A stretch of 64,000 nt of DNA from Auanema rhodensis (taxonomy: Eukaryota; Animalia; Nematoda), in contig OZ059899.1 of assembly GCA_964057225.1 (NCBI GenBank), forward strand, positions 15,810,001 to 15,874,000, given 5' to 3'. Position numbers and translations under genes: made by a program. Shown here piece after piece: positions 59,251 through 64,000 of this stretch; the stretch's first letter is position 1; each line of letters opens with the position of its first letter. Below the pieces are notes generated by a model, which ran no database searches, was not told the origin of the DNA, and saw only the letters and a list, made by a program, of their open reading frames with translations.

Positions 59251-59751
59251 TTATTAACACCCGCCGTGATTAGCATTGGGGCGCCGTTTCATAAACAGCT
59301 TTTCAAGAGAATCACACCTAGTCTTGTCAATTTTTTAACATTCAAGGTTGAAAGAGATAAACATCTTGTTAAAAACTACTTAATTAAGTAAAATTAGGCT
59401 TGTTTGTTTGTTTGTTTAAAGATTCTTTTATTGTTTATTTACGTAATATTGAATTAGGTATCTGTTTAGTATTCCTTTGTTTGTCTTCTCGGATATGCTA
59501 ATTCAGTTGTTTTCTATTTTCATTTTCGGTAAACTGGCACATATCTTACGCAAAGTATTAAGTATTTCTTATATGCACTCAATTTCTTAGTTTTACAATT
59601 AAAATTTTCTTCTCAGCTATGTATATTAGTAGTAGTTCTCTTATACTAACAACAGAGGGATAAAGAAATATAATTTATTTACATACCAACATTGAAATAC
59701 GAATATAATTAGTTTTATTATTATTATTATACGGTTAATTATGTTATGTTT

Positions 59752-60076
59752 TTACTTGGATGGAAGGAAACGTTCACGAACATTCTTGGTAGCAAACGAT
59801 TCTCTGGAATATTAAGAAGTATAGAGAATAATTAATTATAACTTGAAAACCTGAATTTGTCGATATCAATGCTAGTTGGTATAATCTTGGTTTCTTCTTC
59901 TGGGAAGTCCTCTCCAGCAATGTTATCAATATCCTCGGTTAAATTGTTGTCTTCAATATCCATTTGAGCGAAAGCGAAAACGACAAGAGCAAGAAGGAGG
60001 AACTAAATATATTTTCTGAGTGTTTAAACGGAAATTTAAAAGGAAAATGGTAAATACTTACAGTCTTGAACATCAT
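59752..60076 (-). CDS. Small secreted acidic protein (72 aa), no family recognised
   Basis: Three exons with canonical short introns: MMFKT|FLLLALVVFAFAQMDIEDNNLTEDIDNIAGEDFPEEETKIIPTSIDIDKFR|ESFATKNVRERFLPSK*. Clear signal peptide. Confidence 0.75.
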
Positions 60077-60899
60077 TTTTGAAATATTTATGATGAAGTT
60101 GATTACTGTAATAATAGAAATATTAATAGTTATTTAAGAGGAGTTGAAGGAAGTGAGTTACGAATTAAAAAAAAAACAAGATATGAAGAAAAGTAAAATA
60201 TGAAAAGAAGTTAAGTTTTTTAACAAACATTATAAATTCACTGTAATGGAAAAAACTTGAAATGAAGGACATGAAAGTGAGATACTGGATTTCTTGATGT
60301 CCGAAAGCTTTTATACTCTATGGGGTGGTTGCCAAAACAGCAAAAAAGTTTTCTTATGGAATATAAGTAGAAAATAGAGTGATTGTGATATACTATTTGG
60401 AGAAATACGATATGAATAGTAAAAGAAGATTTGAAAGTAAATAAAAGGTATGCAAAAGCAGTGGATGTAACTGATGTTTGTACATAAACTGATATAAAGC
60501 ATGGAAGAATGAACATAGTGACATTGTGCAGAAAGATATTCCAAAAGCGATATTGTCATTTATAGCTTAGTATATACATATACAGTTATTCTTGTTAATA
60601 TAACAAACATATATAGTAAGAATATACATATATATATATATATATGCTATAACATCTGTAGTAGATGGTTAAATCTCAGTCTCATTCAACTGGTTTGGAT
60701 GAAGCAGCCATCTTCCTTCGATCTCAGAGAACCCCCCTCTCTCTAACACATAGGCATTGTCCATTTTAGTAGGTTTATAGGAAGTATTTAATTATCCAAA
60801 AAAAATAAATACGATGAGATTAATTAAAATCTTCATTTTCCCGATTTTCGTTGTCATTTTCGTTAGTAGCAAAAAGTATATGTGGATGGAGTTTGGATG

Positions 60900-60933
<34 letters not shown>

Positions 60934-63900
60934 GAAAAAATAATGATAGTTCAGAGATCTATGATATAAAATTTAAAAATATCTATTTTATACATTTTTT
61001 TTGAAATACTTTTTTTATTTTTCAAAATAAAAATGTTAAGAATATTTGTTGAAATGACGAATAATTTAATTCTTTTATACATTTTACTAAGTAAATGACA
61101 ATGTGGAAAACAATTAAAACATTTTTCCATGAGAGACCTTTTAGAATTTATATTTTTAAATTCTTATACAGTGCCATTTGATTAGCCTTTCTATTTAAAG
61201 TTGTTAATAGAACAAGTTTAACTGAAAAGTTATCAGAAGACCGACGAAAAGTTTTTTTTTTAACCTTTGCACTTTATTTGAGCAAATTGGTGATTACGGA
61301 AAAGATCCGAAATGAAAGGGAAACGTATTTTAACAGATACTGACAAGGAAAAACAAAAAAATTAAGAGAGAAGAGAGAAAGTGAATGGAAACAATTTGAA
61401 TTGTTTATAAAGTTGAAACTAAACTCAGTTATATCTTTAAGATTTGGCTGGTGATGCTACTGTTGGTGATGTCGCTACTATTACTGATGATGATGATGAT
61501 GATGTCGATGATGATGATGGTGGGCGTAGCTTAAAGCAATTTATCCTTAAATGGGTAGATTCCTGATGTTTCACTTTCTCTTCCAACCATTTAACCTGGC
61601 CCGATTTTCCCTGTTCATACATGCTTGACAAAAGGTGTAGAGACATGAAAGAAAGAGAATAATAACGAGAGAATCTGAAAAGGAAAAAAAGAGAGGAAAA
61701 CTCTCCCAGTTTGACCATCCAAAAAGAAACTGTTTATCCTTTGACCACCTCGTTTTTTTCTTTTTTGCGAAGATTTCAAACCTGTTGTCGTTAGTTCATA
61801 TAATGAAGATGAACATGTTCCTTCTTTGAAATCCCTCTCGTACCCGCTTAATGTCTCGTATCTTGGGGGACGGTGCGGTCATTGTCATCTGGAGCGTAGC
61901 GTTGTCTAGAAAGTGAATTAAAGCTGTGAATGGAGAACAAATTGATGAGATGAGGTAGAAACGAATGAATGATCATCACGGTTAAGAGGATAACAAGAAA
62001 TCTGCTTCCGCATTTCCGCTGCTTTCGGTGTTCGTTTGACCCACTGATGAAATATTGCCTTCAGGTGCCCACTCAGATGTGAAGTTTTTGGAAGTTTGGA
62101 AAAATACGGTGTCAGCATCTAACTCCGACAACAGCAACAGGATAATGGGTCCATCATCCGGTGAGGGACATCAGTCTAGTTCCTACTGTCCCATGTATTG
62201 TCTTCTTGCTTTAGCACGATCCATGTTCCAGTTTATAGCATCACGATTGAGGTTACAACAACATAGGTTCACTATCTTCTTGATTTTCGATCATCTAACA
62301 AAGAAGAAGGACAGAGCTTGTTGCTTTCAAACCGTTCCCGGATTCCTTTGAATTGTTAAAGAATCATAGAATTCATTAATGATTCTTGATTTCTTCATAG
62401 TTTCAGCCGTGGTCATGGAAGATAATGAAGAGACTACATTCGTATACACAGAAGCTCTGCCATGTTTGCAGTGCATTCAGTGTAGTCATGCTGTTTTCAT
62501 TGGGTCATATGATAACATTGTTGGCTATGGAAGAACAGTTCAAGAGTTTAATATTGAAATGTGTCATCCTACTTTAAGTAACCAAGCTTTTTGCTCGACC
62601 CCAGCTTCAACGTTATCTTGAGAATACTCTCCATCTAAAGTCTACTATTTCCAAACAGATTTATGTGTTCTTATCGAGCATAGATGTACTGGTATAATGA
62701 TAAAAGGTGGTCACCAATCAACAGACGTAAGAAATATAGATACGCAGACACGTAACATTTTCAAATATTTTCTCTTTTATATAGAAGAACCTGAATGTCA
62801 TTTCAATATTTCTGCACATTTTACAAGCTATTACTCCTTGTCTAAGTATAACTAATACCATTATTTTCTATTCTTACTTTGTATGAATTGTATTTACTTG
62901 GTTGACTGACCGATTATGAGAAAGCCAGCTTCTTCACTACTTACTATTCTGCTGACGTCACTGATTATCAGCTGTTGCACCTCTGAAGAAGCCAAAGAAG
63001 CGAATATTACTCTTCGAGCTCAACAATCTGACGGAAACCATTTGAATATTATCGGTAAGTTTTTGACAGTTTTCAAATTTTAGAGAAAGCAAGAACAGAT
63101 TCTGTTCAAAACAAAAAGAAAAATTAGTTTGTTGATTATTTCTTGCCTTCCATTCAACAATTGCAAAAATCCACACACTTCTCAGATGATCTAGAATTTC
63201 TAATCAAAAAACATATAGTAAAATACAATTATAAGTTATATATGATTAAAGATTATTGCTCACATTTTCAAAATAAAATAAAAAACATTTGAAATGTTTA
63301 GTGTACATCTGTCCGGATCCTAAGCTGAAACAAATTGCTATTGATGGTGTTACAACATATTCAACTACTGAAGAAATTAATAATTACATAGCTCAAAAAG
63401 TAGATGGGTACATAGTCTTTAATAATTTAATTTAAATTAATATTTCCTTATTTTACAGATATAATAATCAAATGTGGTCTGTTACGGTAGTTAATTTTAG
63501 CCGTGTAACTGGAGATCTTTTGCCTGGAGGAAGTAGTAGGTTAGTGCAATGTTTTTTACAAAAGCTTGATATATTCGTTCTGAACTTTGAAGGTTTTTGA
63601 AACATGATTAGTGATTGTTTTCCGCTTCTTTTTCTTCTATGAACATCAAGAACGAGCTTTTTACTAATTTTCCTAAAGTTTGGTGTTTAATGACGAATAG
63701 TATGATGATAATATTCTTAATGAAATGACGATATTTCTAAAACTTTTCTAGAAAAAATTCAACGAAAATTTCTAAATGTTTCTGTTTTCAGCAAAAATCT
63801 CTGTTTCATTTCGGTTGATAAGGAAAATATTGTCGTTATTATGGCAGCTATTGCTCAGCAATTAAAATAATTTCAATATACGTAATTACGTACTCGGAGC

Positions 63901-64000
63901 ATGTTTAATTAAAAAACTTCGACGAGAACTGTCACTGCTTCATGATATAACAGGGTTTTCGATTTTTTAATAAACGGGTTTGTTCTTATTTGTTCTTCTA

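Noticed and set aside
61800-62800. Higher-complexity stretch with several 60-100 aa ORFs (similar patches at 21240-21550 and 49840-50250)
   Set aside because: No consistent exon chain or recognisable domain on either strand. It may be a decayed mobile element or pseudogene, but I cannot support that.

Overview
AT-rich eukaryotic DNA from a rhabditid-type nematode (mostly 40-60 nt GT-AG introns, TTTCAG-type acceptors, many GA/TA microsatellites). Most ORF-track entries are noise, so the genes below were rebuilt by manual splicing. Order: a possible small gene fragment at the left edge (-); gar-2 G-protein-linked acetylcholine receptor (-, 5434-22231, 8.6-kb first intron); cyclin T (+); a GPI-anchored Cys-rich Ly6-like protein (-); a serpentine chemoreceptor (-); a very compact HP1 (-); a JmjC demethylase, jhdm-1-like (+); a 59-aa spliced microprotein absent from the ORF track (+); ALG1 (+); a secreted Cys-repeat protein (-); about 13.5 kb with no gene I can support; an nlp-21-like GGARAF neuropeptide precursor (+) hosting tRNA-Ile(AAT); bub-1 (-); and a small secreted orphan (-). 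Three signals stand out. (1) The microprotein resembles the prefoldin-like ASDURF and its stop lies 4 nt before the ALG1 ATG. Its last intron carries an alternative terminal exon and a poly(A) signal, which suggests a dicistronic or 'alternative operon' switch. (2) A ~250-nt GC-rich, highly structured RNA element ending in hairpin-ACA sits in an unusually long cyclin T intron. (3) A box C/D snoRNA with a tRNA-like Pol III promoter sits in a jhdm-1 intron. Family assignments rest on recalled motifs and sequences; no database search was run.
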